Shown here in pieces: positions 35,083 to 44,847 of a stretch of DNA of 64,000 nucleotides. The translations under genes were made by a program, and so were the position numbers. The notes below the pieces were generated by a model. That model was not told where the DNA came from. It searched no databases and was given only the letters and a program-made list of their open reading frames with translations. The stretch comes from a virus (taxonomy: Duplodnaviria > Caudoviricetes), in IMG/VR virus record IMGVR_UViG_3300012953_000012, positions 141,565 to 205,564 of that record; one strand, given 5' to 3'. Within the stretch, counting starts at the first letter, position 1, and each line of letters opens with the position of its first letter.

Positions 35083-35979
35083 CTACACGAACGAGCGGGG
35101 GCTCAGGACTCCACGCCCGACGTAGGGTCCGAAGGCTGACCTGACCCCACGACCGAACCGGGGCTGCGCCAGACCACGCATGTAGTGGACCGTCCGGGAC
35201 TTCGCCTCGGTGAGTTTGTCCCACTGGTCCTCAGCGTTTTGCTTCATGCCTTCGTACTTGCCGGACTTCTCGATGGAGAGGCTGATCCCGCCGATGCTGT
35301 AGTCGAACTCGTTGGCGATCCAGTTGTAGACGAGCGCCTGAGCCGCGTTCACGAGTGCCCCCCACAGCAACGCTGCCTTCCAGGAAGGTTTCTGCTGGCA
35401 CAGCATCTCGATGTTCTTGATCTCCTCGGTCGAGGGTGGGTGCATGTTCCACTTCCAGAGGGCGATCTCCAGGTACTCGGCAAACTCTTCGTCGGTCCAG
35501 ATGTAGCCGAACACCTGGTTGTAGCAGCCCACCGTGCCTTCGCCTTCGGGAGGCATGAAGCGGTAGTTGCGGTCGGGATTGTTGTCCCTCGTCAGGAAGC
35601 GCATCTTGCGGATCAGGTCCGTCAGGCAGTCCGAGTAGGGGTTGGCCTCGGTTTCGACGGCACTGGACACGACGCCGAACTCCTGGACGGCCCCTTCCTC
35701 GGCGCTCGTTGCTGTCTCCCGGAAGCGCCAACGGATGCGGTAGTCCCCCGGAGCCGCACTGGAGGGCACCTGGAGGCTCGCGTAGTACTCACCCACCGTG
35801 GGGTTCACCGGAGTCCTGGTCGCGGACCCAATCAGGACCTCGGCGGTCGTGGTGGGGTCCACATAGTAGACGGCGTAGGAGATGCTGAAGGCGTTGGTGG
35901 GGTTGCCGTCCGCGTTGGACAGGTAGATGTCCAGGTCGCCGCGAGCGAGGGTCTGACCCTGAGTGAATACGACAGCCAT
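35083..35979 (-). CDS. Putative virion structural protein (head-tail adaptor-like)
   Basis: Late motif and AAGGAGG RBS; beta-rich N-terminal domain plus IRKMRFL..D...WTDEE motif reminiscent of connector/adaptor proteins. Confidence 0.55.
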   Translation of the reverse strand: MAVVFTQGQTLARGDLDIYLSNADGNPTNAFSISYAVYYVDPTTTAEVLIGSATRTPVNPTVGEYYASLQVPSSAAPGDYRIRWRFRETATSAEEGAVQEFGVVSSAVETEANPYSDCLTDLIRKMRFLTRDNNPDRNYRFMPPEGEGTVGCYNQVFGYIWTDEEFAEYLEIALWKWNMHPPSTEEIKNIEMLCQQKPSWKAALLWGALVNAAQALVYNWIANEFDYSIGGISLSIEKSGKYEGMKQNAEDQWDKLTEAKSRTVHYMRGLAQPRFGRGVRSAFGPYVGRGVLSPRSFV

Positions 35980-36008
35980 GTGCTACCTCCTTGCCTACGG
36001 GTGCGATC

Positions 36009-36025
36009 CCATAGCCGCACTACCG
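36009..36025 (-). promoter_or_regulatory. Late-class motif CGGTAG-N5-CTATGG
   Basis: Upstream of 35979. Confidence 0.7.
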
Positions 36026-36121
36026 GGTGAGGCTCCATCTCCAGAGATCGAACGCCAGCAGCGTGCCGATGACGAGAGCCAGCAGCGACCAGATGACCCA
36101 CGTTGGAACCTTGTCGTTCAC
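36020..36121 (-). CDS. Small membrane peptide (33 aa, MNDKVPTWVIWSLLALVIGTLLAFDLWRWSLTR)
   Basis: Single TM helix; late-motif variant upstream; not in the ORF track. Confidence 0.55.
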   Translation of the reverse strand: MNDKVPTWVIWSLLALVIGTLLAFDLWRWSLTR

Positions 36122-36133
36122 ACCCTACCGCGA

Positions 36134-36150
36134 CCATAGGGTCGCCACCG
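36134..36150 (-). promoter_or_regulatory. Late-class motif variant CGGTGG-N5-CTATGG
   Basis: 12 nt upstream of GTG 36121. Confidence 0.5.
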
Positions 36151-36159
36151 GCATCCCGC

Positions 36160-36199
36160 TGACCCCACAACAACAGTGACCCCACAACAACAGTGACCC
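36160..36199. repeat. 17-bp tandem repeat TGACCCCACAACAACAG x2.3
   Basis: Read directly in the sequence. Confidence 0.8.
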
Positions 36200-36587
36200 A
36201 GGGAAGGCTGAAACCTCCTCCTTGGGGACATCGGACCTTTGGCCTTTTCTGCCCCTCGTAAGGGGGCGTAGTTACTGGGTTTTTTTGAAGCGAATAAAAA
36301 CAGAGTGACTTCGAGCCTCCTCAAAAGCCTCCGGCTCCGTGATCCCACGGCCCATCTCCGCCCATCTCGGACGCACCTCGGAGCCCTTGCGGACAGGCAC
36401 CTACGGACAGAATGATCCCAGTTCAGCCTCTCGTCAGGCAAAGGCTCTCGTCGAAAACCCCGGAAGGACCTATGCTTTGAACTTTTTTGAAGTTTTTTGG
36501 TTTAGTCTGTCCGCCGAGCGGGGTTCGCCCCGTCTCGCGCACGCGAGGCTCTGGAGGGCCACTGTTGTGTGACCCCATGACCCCAGG

Positions 36588-36604
36588 CGGTATCTCGGCT
36601 ATCC
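36588..36604 (+). promoter_or_regulatory. Late-class motif variant CGGTAT-N5-CTATCC
   Basis: Upstream of the baseplate-like gene. Confidence 0.5.
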
Positions 36605-36627
36605 ATCCCCAGGGGTAGAGGTTTCCC

Positions 36628-37950
36628 ATGGCTCACGACGACGACGCACCGAAGACCGGCGAAGACCAGGCCCCGTTTGCCCTGGCTCAGAACCCTGCGC
36701 CCAACCCTCCCTCGGGCCAGGCGTACCTGACGGACAAGGAATCGCTGACCCAGCAGATCATGGCGACCTTCCGTGCGGTGCTGCCGAGCAACTACGTCGC
36801 CCAGGTCAACGGCCCCTGGTACTCACTCCAGTTTCAGGCCATGGCCGAGCAGTTGGCTGAGATCCAGATCAGCACGACTGAGATCTACAAGGACTCCGGG
36901 TTCGATTTCACCCGAACAGACTTCTTGTGGCAGGTGCTGGGGTCGCTGGTGTTCCCAGGAGCCACGGACCAGTCAGGTATCCCTCAGATTGACGGTGACC
37001 TGGCCTACCGCGAGTTCCTGCACAAGATGGTCATGCTCCTGCTTCAAGGAGCAACGAAGGCCAGCATGGAAGGCGGCCTTGAAGCCCTGGACCCGAACGT
37101 GGTGGCGACCATCACCGAACGCTACCTGGAGACACCCCCGCGTGATCCTGTGGGTGCATGGACCATCGAGGACCAGTTCCTGATCGACATCTTCATCGAA
37201 GGTTCCACGGGGAACACCTTCCCGGCTGACCCTTTCGTGCTCCAGCGAAATGCAGAACTCGTCCTGGCCGCCTTGAAGCCTGCCCACGTCTTCTACGGCT
37301 ACTCGTACCTGTTCCGGGACGCCTTCGACAAGGTAGCGGACGACACAGGGGGCATGAGCCTCGACCTGGACTCCTACTACTACGCCGACCTGCGGAAGTG
37401 GTGCCTGGGGGCGCAGCGCATCAGCGGCACCGGAGACACCCTCTCCACCAGGACCCTGTTCACCGACCCCGACGTGTCGTTCCAGAGCATCCGGGCGGGA
37501 GCCGTCCTGGAGATTGCTGACGGCACGAACGCAGGCCGCCACCGCGTCGTGAGCACCCGCGCCCTTCTCTATGGGGCAGAAGCCGTCGCCAGGTCGTACA
37601 CGACCTCCACGGGCCTCACAGGCACCCTCACGGCGGTCTCCGATGACACGGTAGTGGACCCTGGGCGAGACTGGGGTGCTTTGCCGGTGGACACGACCAT
37701 CACCATCGCAGATGGCCCCAATGCGGGGACGTACCGGCTCGACACCGTGCTGGGAGAAACCGGCGGCCCTATCGGCACGGTTGGCATCAGCGGCACTGAG
37801 GTCAGGCTCTCTCCGAGCACCCTCCAGGTGGCGCGGCGCATGGACGTGGTTGCGACAGGGCAGACCTACACGGTGAGCGTGGACCGCCTGGGTGTGCAGA
37901 CCCCACGGCCTGTGTCGGGCGAGGACGTCACGCTCCAGTTTCTCCTGTGA
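36628..37950 (+). CDS. Putative baseplate/tail protein (P2 gpI-like)
   Basis: LKPAHV motif typical of baseplate gpI-like proteins; beta-rich C-terminus. Confidence 0.6.
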   Translation: MAHDDDAPKTGEDQAPFALAQNPAPNPPSGQAYLTDKESLTQQIMATFRAVLPSNYVAQVNGPWYSLQFQAMAEQLAEIQISTTEIYKDSGFDFTRTDFLWQVLGSLVFPGATDQSGIPQIDGDLAYREFLHKMVMLLLQGATKASMEGGLEALDPNVVATITERYLETPPRDPVGAWTIEDQFLIDIFIEGSTGNTFPADPFVLQRNAELVLAALKPAHVFYGYSYLFRDAFDKVADDTGGMSLDLDSYYYADLRKWCLGAQRISGTGDTLSTRTLFTDPDVSFQSIRAGAVLEIADGTNAGRHRVVSTRALLYGAEAVARSYTTSTGLTGTLTAVSDDTVVDPGRDWGALPVDTTITIADGPNAGTYRLDTVLGETGGPIGTVGISGTEVRLSPSTLQVARRMDVVATGQTYTVSVDRLGVQTPRPVSGEDVTLQFLL

Positions 37951-37967
37951 CGGTAGACGCTCTATGT
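37951..37967 (+). promoter_or_regulatory. Late-class motif CGGTAG-N5-CTATGT
   Basis: Upstream of 37995. Confidence 0.65.
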
Positions 37968-37994
37968 TTTCGGGGGGTGTAGGAGAGTAGGATC

Positions 37995-38480
37995 ATGCCC
38001 CCCTACGATGTGGCTGTGAAGCGTGACGACTACAGCGTAGAGCCAATGGGGTCAGTGCGGTCCTACCTGGGGACGTACAAGGACATCATCGTCTACCACG
38101 ACTACCAGCCGCTCTTGCTGTTTTGGAACATCTCGGACATCGCGAACAACCGGGTGATCTGGGAGACCTACTGGGACTACAAGGAGATGGGGGCCGAGTC
38201 GGCCTACATTCAGTACGCCCTGTACTTCTGCGTGTCGCTGGGAATGCTCTTCAGCCTCCCGAACCTGCGCTCCTGTGCTCGCTTCGTGGCGGCCTACCTG
38301 CTGCTCTACGTCTTCTCCACCGCGAAGTTCGTCGTGACCTTCCTGACGGACGAGGAGTTTGCCCAGAACCCGGACATCAAGCGGAGCCTGGTCGTGACCG
38401 GGGTCTACTTCACCCTCTGGTGCTGGATCTACTTGAAGATGCGGGTCGAGTTGGCCCATCGGAACGCCAATGGCGAATGA
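37995..38480 (+). CDS. Multi-pass membrane protein
   Basis: Three hydrophobic helices in the C-terminal half. Confidence 0.7.
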   Translation: MPPYDVAVKRDDYSVEPMGSVRSYLGTYKDIIVYHDYQPLLLFWNISDIANNRVIWETYWDYKEMGAESAYIQYALYFCVSLGMLFSLPNLRSCARFVAAYLLLYVFSTAKFVVTFLTDEEFAQNPDIKRSLVVTGVYFTLWCWIYLKMRVELAHRNANGE

Positions 38481-38811
38481 CGCTACCACTACGGCTGCCA
38501 TCGTCGCCGCTGTGACAGGGGTGATGTCCGCAGGTGCGTTCAAGTTTTACGAGTTCATCCTAAAGCAGCGCCGTGAGGTCCAGAAGGAGGAGAAGGCCGA
38601 GCAGATGCTCTACCGCGATGACCTCATTCGCCGAGTCGAGAAACTGGAGAGCGAGCGGGACGACCGGATAGAGGAAGCCATCGGATTCCGCGCTGAGATC
38701 AGCGCCATGAAGGTCCAGATCGACTTCATGAAGCAGGAGAATGACCTGCTGAAAGGGCAGGTCGAACTGGTCAAGCACGAGAACCAGATCCTCAAAGACA
38801 CCCTACGGTAG
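38470..38811 (+). CDS. N-anchored coiled-coil protein (holin-like topology)
   Basis: N-terminal TM segment followed by a long coiled coil. Confidence 0.65.
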   Translation: MANDATTTAAIVAAVTGVMSAGAFKFYEFILKQRREVQKEEKAEQMLYRDDLIRRVEKLESERDDRIEEAIGFRAEISAMKVQIDFMKQENDLLKGQVELVKHENQILKDTLR

Positions 38812-38822
38812 TGATTCGATAG
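38806..38822 (+). promoter_or_regulatory. Late-class motif variant CGGTAG-N5-CGATAG
   Basis: Upstream of 38846; contains the upstream TAG stop. Confidence 0.5.
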
Positions 38823-38845
38823 GCTGCTCCCGGTAGGAGATCACC

Positions 38846-39616
38846 ATGAACCGAACCGTGCTACGACGTATCCTTGCCTCCGAAGGCTTGCTCCCTCGGA
38901 ATAAGCAGGCGTCAAAGGGACTTGCTCGCGCCTTCGCCGACTTCTACAGGGGGGTCCAGAGAGATTTGGGGCCTGACCCGGCAGAGCGTTTGGATGTTCG
39001 CAAGGCTGTCTCTGCCGACTTGAAGAAGATCGTGGCCGGGATGGGGAACGCCTCGGCCAACCTCGGTACTGTGTATGCTGACGACGACAACTTCCTGTAC
39101 GAGACAGAGGTGACGATTGCCGACGACGATTGGTCGAGCCTTGAAGAAAACATCGTACTCCCCACAAGGTACTACGTCACAGGCACGATCTCGGTGAGTC
39201 CCCTTCCATTCAAGGACTCCTACCTCTACGACTTCCTTGAATCCTTGATCTCCCAGCGCGAAAAGAGAGCGATGGTGAAGAAGTGGGACGCCTTCATCCT
39301 CAAGGTCATGGAGTCGGAGGACTTTCAGCAAGCCCTCTTGCGGAAGTTCTCTCGATGGCAAGAGGATGCTCACAGTGCGCTGCAAATCGAAGCCTATGAT
39401 TGGGTAGACTCGGTAGCAAGTGGGATCGAACCCTTCTCCAATGAGGGGTCCACGGTCACCTACTTCCCATCACCGGAAGACGATTCCTACTGGAACATCC
39501 GCGCTGACTTGCTCGGAGTTAACCGTCGTGGGGAGTACACCATCAAGTTCACCGGGGTGATGGATGCGGAGAAGATCGTGGACGGGATGGAGTTTGATTG
39601 GGTAAACCCCCGCTAA
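38846..39616 (+). CDS. Putative internal virion protein with MNxxxLR...EG...KxAS leader
   Basis: MNRTVLRRILASEGLLPRNKQAS. Confidence 0.7.
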   Translation: MNRTVLRRILASEGLLPRNKQASKGLARAFADFYRGVQRDLGPDPAERLDVRKAVSADLKKIVAGMGNASANLGTVYADDDNFLYETEVTIADDDWSSLEENIVLPTRYYVTGTISVSPLPFKDSYLYDFLESLISQREKRAMVKKWDAFILKVMESEDFQQALLRKFSRWQEDAHSALQIEAYDWVDSVASGIEPFSNEGSTVTYFPSPEDDSYWNIRADLLGVNRRGEYTIKFTGVMDAEKIVDGMEFDWVNPR

Positions 39617-39960
39617 TCGGTCGGCTTGATCCGGGCCATCGCTTCTTCGACAGCACCGCCGACAAACTGCTCGGCCATCTTCGCCACATGCACCCGGACA
39701 CGCTCTTCCAGGTCACCAGGCGTGATCTCCTCGGGCTTCTTGCCTTGTGAGATCATCGTGATCGCCATGACGTAGGCTTCACGTCGCAGGTACTCGATGA
39801 TGAACGCATGGGCGACCTGGACCAGTCCACCGGACGGCCACTCAGCAGCACGCTGGGCATCCCCAGGCGTGGCAGGACGATGCGCCGTGAACAGGGCGTC
39901 GTCTGTGACTCGGCGTCGGACCTCCAGAAGGAAGCGGACGGTGTCGAACTGATCGGTCAT
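39613..39960 (-). CDS. Hypothetical protein
   Basis: Co-oriented downstream of 40428. Confidence 0.65.
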   Translation of the reverse strand: MTDQFDTVRFLLEVRRRVTDDALFTAHRPATPGDAQRAAEWPSGGLVQVAHAFIIEYLRREAYVMAITMISQGKKPEEITPGDLEERVRVHVAKMAEQFVGGAVEEAMARIKPTD

Positions 39961-39969
39961 GAGGCTACT

Positions 39970-40428
39970 CTACCCAGCCCATGCCTCCGACTCGGGGGCG
40001 ATGCTGGGGAATCGACCGCCGCCACCCATGCCGTACAAGAGAACCGCGAGCCCTTCGTCGTCACGGGCCATCTCCTTGAGCCTTTCGGTGAGGGACTTCT
40101 CCAGGTTGTACTCGGCCTTCGCCTCGTCCATACCGTCGCGGTACTTGACGAAGAAGGTGACCCTGTTGCCCTTGTCAGTGACCTGTGTCACGTCACCCAG
40201 GCCGAGGCGTCTGCCGACGTCCTTCAGATCATCAACCGCACTGTCGTAGTCACGGCCATAAGGGTCGTCGAAACGGCCCCATTCAGATGCCCTCGTGTCC
40301 AGAGGGACCTCCACGCTCAGGAGGTTGTCGTCCATCCCGATGCGGCGGAAGTAGGCACGCCGCACCATCCGGTCCTGCCGGTAGGCGTACTCCAGTGCGA
40401 CACGGTGGGTAGATGCGGTACGAATCAT
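39970..40428 (-). CDS. Putative internal virion protein with RTAS-RVA tag
   Basis: MIRTASTHRVALEYAYR; AGGAG RBS; late motif upstream. Confidence 0.7.
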   Translation of the reverse strand: MIRTASTHRVALEYAYRQDRMVRRAYFRRIGMDDNLLSVEVPLDTRASEWGRFDDPYGRDYDSAVDDLKDVGRRLGLGDVTQVTDKGNRVTFFVKYRDGMDEAKAEYNLEKSLTERLKEMARDDEGLAVLLYGMGGGGRFPSIAPESEAWAG

Positions 40429-40454
40429 GGCGGTATCTCCTGCCTCTGCCGAGG

Positions 40455-40471
40455 CGATAGAGACCCTACCG
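40455..40471 (-). promoter_or_regulatory. Late-class motif CGGTAG-N5-CTATCG
   Basis: Overlaps the nrdJ stop codon. Confidence 0.7.
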
Positions 40472-42532
40472 CGCAGACTGCTGAACCGTGTCCTCTGCTG
40501 GGGTCAGGGTTTCCCAGTCGATCTCACAGGAACCACCGACACAGGCCAGGGTCTGTGCGCCGTTGCCCATGTCCTCGGTTTCGTACCGAGAGAGCAGCGC
40601 GTAGTCGAGAACAGGGAAGTCCAGGAGCCGGGTGCGGTACTCGGACTCGGTGATCTCTTCGTAGGGGGCCAACTCGTACTTGCCGCCGTCGTAGGGCAGG
40701 AAGGAAAGCCCCGTGACCTCGTCGAAGTGCTCGTAGAGCCAGTCACCAACCTGACCCCACTCGTCTTCGCGGACGTAGACCGTGGCGCTCTGGTTGTGGC
40801 CGCGCTCCGAGCACCAGGTCCGCATGATGTGGAGGTAGCGGCCCAACTGCTCCAGGGCGGTCTCGTCGTTCCGGGTCATGCAGCCTTCGGGGGCCTTGAC
40901 TGGAAACTCGACAACCCAGGTCGGGCAGTCAGCATCGGGGCCATTCTTGTACTTCACGTCCTTGAAGACAGGAGCACCGGAGTCCCGGACCAGGTGGAAC
41001 AAGGGGTCGTTGGCACTCACCCGGACGCGCCGGATGTAGAACTCTGCGTACCGGGTGTGGAAGCCGCTCGCGCAGTCCACCGCCTGGGAGGAGTTGCCGC
41101 TGGGCTTGCCACAGGTCACGGACGCAGGCATCTCGATGCCCAGGTGTGCAGCCGCTTCGGCGGCAGTCTCCAGGGCGACCTGGTTGAAGTAGGACATCGC
41201 CTCGGCATCGTTGGAGAGCGCCGGGTTGTCACAGTGGCCGGTGATGTCCACCCCGAGCAGGCGGTCTTCGTTGCAGTGCTGAGTCCAGGCAGGACGCAGG
41301 TAGGGGAAGTCGGTGAACGACGCCTGGAGGGCACCGATCCAGGTGGCGGTGCGAACCTTCGCAGCGAAGGACTCGCGGGTGTCTGTCTCCCGCATGACGG
41401 CAGCCGAGAGGTTGCAGAACTGCCCGCCGCCGCCCTTGCCTGTCCAGGGGCACTCGGCTCTGGAGAAGCGAAGCAGGATCTCACCGCAGGGGTTGGACCG
41501 CATCTCGCCGTTGCGCTCTTCACGACGGCTGGAGGGGATCATGTAGAAGCCGCGTTCGCCGGAACCGCTGTTCCGAAGGGCGTCCCACTCGCGGTCGAAG
41601 ATGTCACGGTCTGGCTTGGCGTCCCAGAACGCCGAGATATTCGCCATGTAGCGACACTCGGGGAACGACCCCTTGCGCCAATCCTTTGCGTGTCGCATGA
41701 GTTCGTCGTCAGGGTCAGAGAAGCAGATCAACGCTGCGCGGCGCACACCACCAGCCTTGACGATCTCACCGATCATGCAGGCGATGTCACTGACCTCGAT
41801 GGTCCGCAACTGGCGGCCTGAGGCACCGTCGATGATCTCTTGGCAGAACTCCAGGAGGAGACGGAGAGGCTTCGGCCCGGAAGCACGGCCACCCTTCGTC
41901 TGGCAGCGGGCACCTTCGGGGCGGATCTGCGAGTAGTCAAACTCGACGGTGTGTCCCTTCCACATGTGGGTCAACCCGTTGAACACCGCATCGGCCCAGC
42001 CGACTGTGCTGTCCGGGATGGTGTACTGGATCGCGTCACCAGAACGAGGGGCGACCTCTGGGAGGTTGCCGACGAACTTGCGCTCGACCGAGTAGCCGAC
42101 ACCCGTGCCCATCATCAGGATGTACAGCATCTCCCCAAACGCCTTGAGGTTGTCGAGGGGCACGAAGGAGCAGTTGTAGATCATCGTGTTGTCACGCGCT
42201 GCCGCAGGGCCAGCGGACCACAGAGCACGCATCGACGGAAGGACTCCCATCGAGAGCATCCCCTCCCGGATGTCCCCCAAAACCGCAGAAGGAACGGAAC
42301 GCTCACCACCAACGAAGTCGCAGTAGCGGTCCACCGCCTCCTCGTAGGTCTCGCGGCGGCCCTCTTCTTCGCGCCAGCGTAGGTACGAGCGGGTCACAAC
42401 AAACTGAGACAGGGCGTTGGGGTAGCCGAAAACCGGCTTGCGGGTGGGAACGAGGTCAGGGCTGCTACTACACGACTCATGCCTGGTCGGGGTGCTGGAT
42501 TGTGCGTCTGACAGGGGCATGAGTTCGATCAT
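40466..42532 (-). CDS. nrdJ: Class II (AdoCbl-dependent) ribonucleotide reductase
   Basis: LPSMRALW, YNCSF, GGVRRAALI, NPCGEI, CNLS, KPSGN, C-terminal CVGGSC; no radical-generating subunit nearby. Confidence 0.9.
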   Translation of the reverse strand: MIELMPLSDAQSSTPTRHESCSSSPDLVPTRKPVFGYPNALSQFVVTRSYLRWREEEGRRETYEEAVDRYCDFVGGERSVPSAVLGDIREGMLSMGVLPSMRALWSAGPAAARDNTMIYNCSFVPLDNLKAFGEMLYILMMGTGVGYSVERKFVGNLPEVAPRSGDAIQYTIPDSTVGWADAVFNGLTHMWKGHTVEFDYSQIRPEGARCQTKGGRASGPKPLRLLLEFCQEIIDGASGRQLRTIEVSDIACMIGEIVKAGGVRRAALICFSDPDDELMRHAKDWRKGSFPECRYMANISAFWDAKPDRDIFDREWDALRNSGSGERGFYMIPSSRREERNGEMRSNPCGEILLRFSRAECPWTGKGGGGQFCNLSAAVMRETDTRESFAAKVRTATWIGALQASFTDFPYLRPAWTQHCNEDRLLGVDITGHCDNPALSNDAEAMSYFNQVALETAAEAAAHLGIEMPASVTCGKPSGNSSQAVDCASGFHTRYAEFYIRRVRVSANDPLFHLVRDSGAPVFKDVKYKNGPDADCPTWVVEFPVKAPEGCMTRNDETALEQLGRYLHIMRTWCSERGHNQSATVYVREDEWGQVGDWLYEHFDEVTGLSFLPYDGGKYELAPYEEITESEYRTRLLDFPVLDYALLSRYETEDMGNGAQTLACVGGSCEIDWETLTPAEDTVQQSAR

Positions 42533-42635
42533 CGTGGTGTCCTCGGAGGCGTAGGGTTCGGGTTTCATAAAGCGTCGGGCAGCCATTAGAGCCTCGACTG
42601 TGAAGCCCTCTCTGAACCCGCCCCTATACGGCGGG

Positions 42636-43637
42636 CTATTGACCCCCTACCGAGGAACAGCCCCTTAAGAGAGCCGCCTCACATGCTACCCACGGAGCGG
42701 GAACACCCCTCAACACGCCCCTGTCTACATGAGCAAGATCACGGACGAGGTTCACAAGATTTCTTGTGCCCCACTTTTTCGCGGCGGGGATTGTCGTGCG
42801 CTCCGTTACCCAGGAGGGTGACCCCAGCATGGCACCGATCTGATGAGGGGTGGTGCCACGCTCCAGGAGCAGGGATGCCTGGAGCCATCGGTAGGCGAGG
42901 TCTGCCGGGCCACCGCGTGCTCGGAGGAGGAGCATCGTCGGGTCAGTCACCGACTTACGGCGTAGGGTCACAAGGGCTTTGGCCATCTTCGCCGTGTGCC
43001 TCGACGCGAGAGCATCCCGAACGGGCTGCATGTCTACGCCGATGTGGCCCTTCACAACAGCCTTGACCTCAGCCGAGGTGATCTGCTTGCCGCCTTGCGA
43101 CCGGACCAAAGCCGTGATCTTGCTCATCTCGTAGGAGAGGACACCGAGGTCCACGCCCATGACGCCGACCATGGCTTTCGCCAGGTCAGTGCTGAGAGCC
43201 TGCTGGTTGAGGGTGAGTCGATGTGCCTCCATGACGAGGAACTTGACGGCCCGCCCCTCCCTGTCCTGTTTCCGGGCAGGGATGCAGTAGGTGACTGTGT
43301 GTTTCTTCTTCACCAGGGCGACCGCTGGATGCTTCTTCGGGTCTGCGTTGCCCTCCACCTCCATGAGGATGCACACCCGCCCAGGCTTGTCGGCCTCGTG
43401 GGCACTCACAGTCTCGGGATCAACCTTTCCGCCTGGCACCAGGATCAACGTCGGCTGCCCGAAGGTAGTGCCCATGGAGAGCGCGTCGATGACCTCACCG
43501 TCTGACCCGGCATGGACAACCTCGTAGCCTGCCTGGTACGCGCCCATCATGGCGTGACGTAGCCATCGACGGCACAGGAACCGCTCGTCCCCGGTCACGG
43601 CCAGCACGGGAGGGGGTTTGTCCCACGAGAGTTTCAC
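42636..43637 (-). CDS. holA: Clamp-loader delta-like subunit
   Basis: LAVTGDERFL N-terminus, LGVLSYEMSK helix; size and neighbour consistent. Confidence 0.7.
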   Translation of the reverse strand: MKLSWDKPPPVLAVTGDERFLCRRWLRHAMMGAYQAGYEVVHAGSDGEVIDALSMGTTFGQPTLILVPGGKVDPETVSAHEADKPGRVCILMEVEGNADPKKHPAVALVKKKHTVTYCIPARKQDREGRAVKFLVMEAHRLTLNQQALSTDLAKAMVGVMGVDLGVLSYEMSKITALVRSQGGKQITSAEVKAVVKGHIGVDMQPVRDALASRHTAKMAKALVTLRRKSVTDPTMLLLRARGGPADLAYRWLQASLLLERGTTPHQIGAMLGSPSWVTERTTIPAAKKWGTRNLVNLVRDLAHVDRGVLRGVPAPWVACEAALLRGCSSVGGQ

Positions 43638-44221
43638 GGCTTCCTTCCCACGATGACAGGCTCCCACGAAGGCTTCAAGGCGGTGCCCCACCCATCCCAC
43701 CTCTGTGCCTCGGGGGTGGCTGGAGCGGTAAGAAGACCTGGTTCGGAGGTGTACTGGTACTTCGACGCATCTCGATCCCCCGCGAAACCGTGCGTCCCTG
43801 TGCGTTTACCTTCTCCATGGTAGTTGGGGTCTCTCCCGATCACCTCACGCTTGGCCCCCGCAGCCTTGTCGAACGCCTTGCCGATGTTCATCGACTTGGG
43901 GAACCCGCTTCCGTAGTTCCATGAGTCCACCTGAAGGTCGATGAACCCTGCCTGCTCCATCGCGTAAGCCATGTGATGGAAGGTCCGCGTCCCGGAGAAT
44001 GCCTTGATGACCCCGCCGGGCCGGAGGACCCGAAAGGCTTCCGTGACCCATGCTTCATGCCACTTTCGCTGGGCCGCGCCTTCCCCCAACTTGTCAAAGT
44101 CCTTCCCCATGAAGGACAGGCCATAGGGAGGGTCGGAGACCACAGCCCCGATGGAACCGTCTTCGTAGCCTTTGAGCACATCCACGCAGTCCCCGTGTCG
44201 CAGGATCAATCTCTGGGTCAT
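43634..44221 (-). CDS. Second catalytic (DPPY) N-terminal DNA methyltransferase module
   Basis: GDC, SDPPY, LRPGG, GSGFPKS, GWGTALKPSWEP; ends RKP*; coupled to both neighbours. Confidence 0.8.
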   Translation of the reverse strand: MTQRLILRHGDCVDVLKGYEDGSIGAVVSDPPYGLSFMGKDFDKLGEGAAQRKWHEAWVTEAFRVLRPGGVIKAFSGTRTFHHMAYAMEQAGFIDLQVDSWNYGSGFPKSMNIGKAFDKAAGAKREVIGRDPNYHGEGKRTGTHGFAGDRDASKYQYTSEPGLLTAPATPEAQRWDGWGTALKPSWEPVIVGRKP

Positions 44222-44835
44222 TCCATCGCCTCCAGGAGTGCCGTAGCGGCACACAGGTGTGACCCCCTGCCGTCCAGCAGAGGGCGCACATGGTTCCAGA
44301 CAGCAGCGGTTTCCCGGCTGCCCAGGTCAGGGTGTTCCTCCACGATAAACTCGCAGAAGCCGTGAAGTAGGGCGGGCCAGTCGCGCTGGCTGGCGTGGAT
44401 CACCGATAGGCATGTCGCCACGTCTTTCTTGGACCAGGCCCTGTAGAGAGCACGGGCGTTGTCATCCATGAACGGAGAGGTCCAGCGTTCGTCGGGCGGA
44501 CACCAGCGGTCCAGGGTCCTGGAGCGGATGGTGCCGATGACCCCACCGTAGAAGTCGGCCCACAGGAGGATCCTGACAGGGCCGTCTGCGAGGTCTTCAA
44601 GGGTCTTCAACAGGCCGTCCACCGCTTCTGGGGTCGCCCGGTCCAGGGGGCCTACGACCAGGACGGGGGGTCTGTCTCCCACGCCAGCGTTCCCAGCAAG
44701 GCGGACAATCTCACGCGAGTCATCCACCTTCAGTCCGGTGTCCCCGATAGGCTCCCCGAGCAGACGCCCCAGACTACGGGCGTGGGCAACCGCTTCGCCT
44801 CGCGCAAGGGGGCCGTGAAACAACAAAGGGGTCAT
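44218..44835 (-). CDS. holB: Clamp-loader delta-prime-like subunit
   Basis: LLFHGP (degenerate Walker A), AVDGLLKTLED, GTIRSR. Confidence 0.75.
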   Translation of the reverse strand: MTPLLFHGPLARGEAVAHARSLGRLLGEPIGDTGLKVDDSREIVRLAGNAGVGDRPPVLVVGPLDRATPEAVDGLLKTLEDLADGPVRILLWADFYGGVIGTIRSRTLDRWCPPDERWTSPFMDDNARALYRAWSKKDVATCLSVIHASQRDWPALLHGFCEFIVEEHPDLGSRETAAVWNHVRPLLDGRGSHLCAATALLEAME

Positions 44836-44847
44836 GCTCGCAACCCC

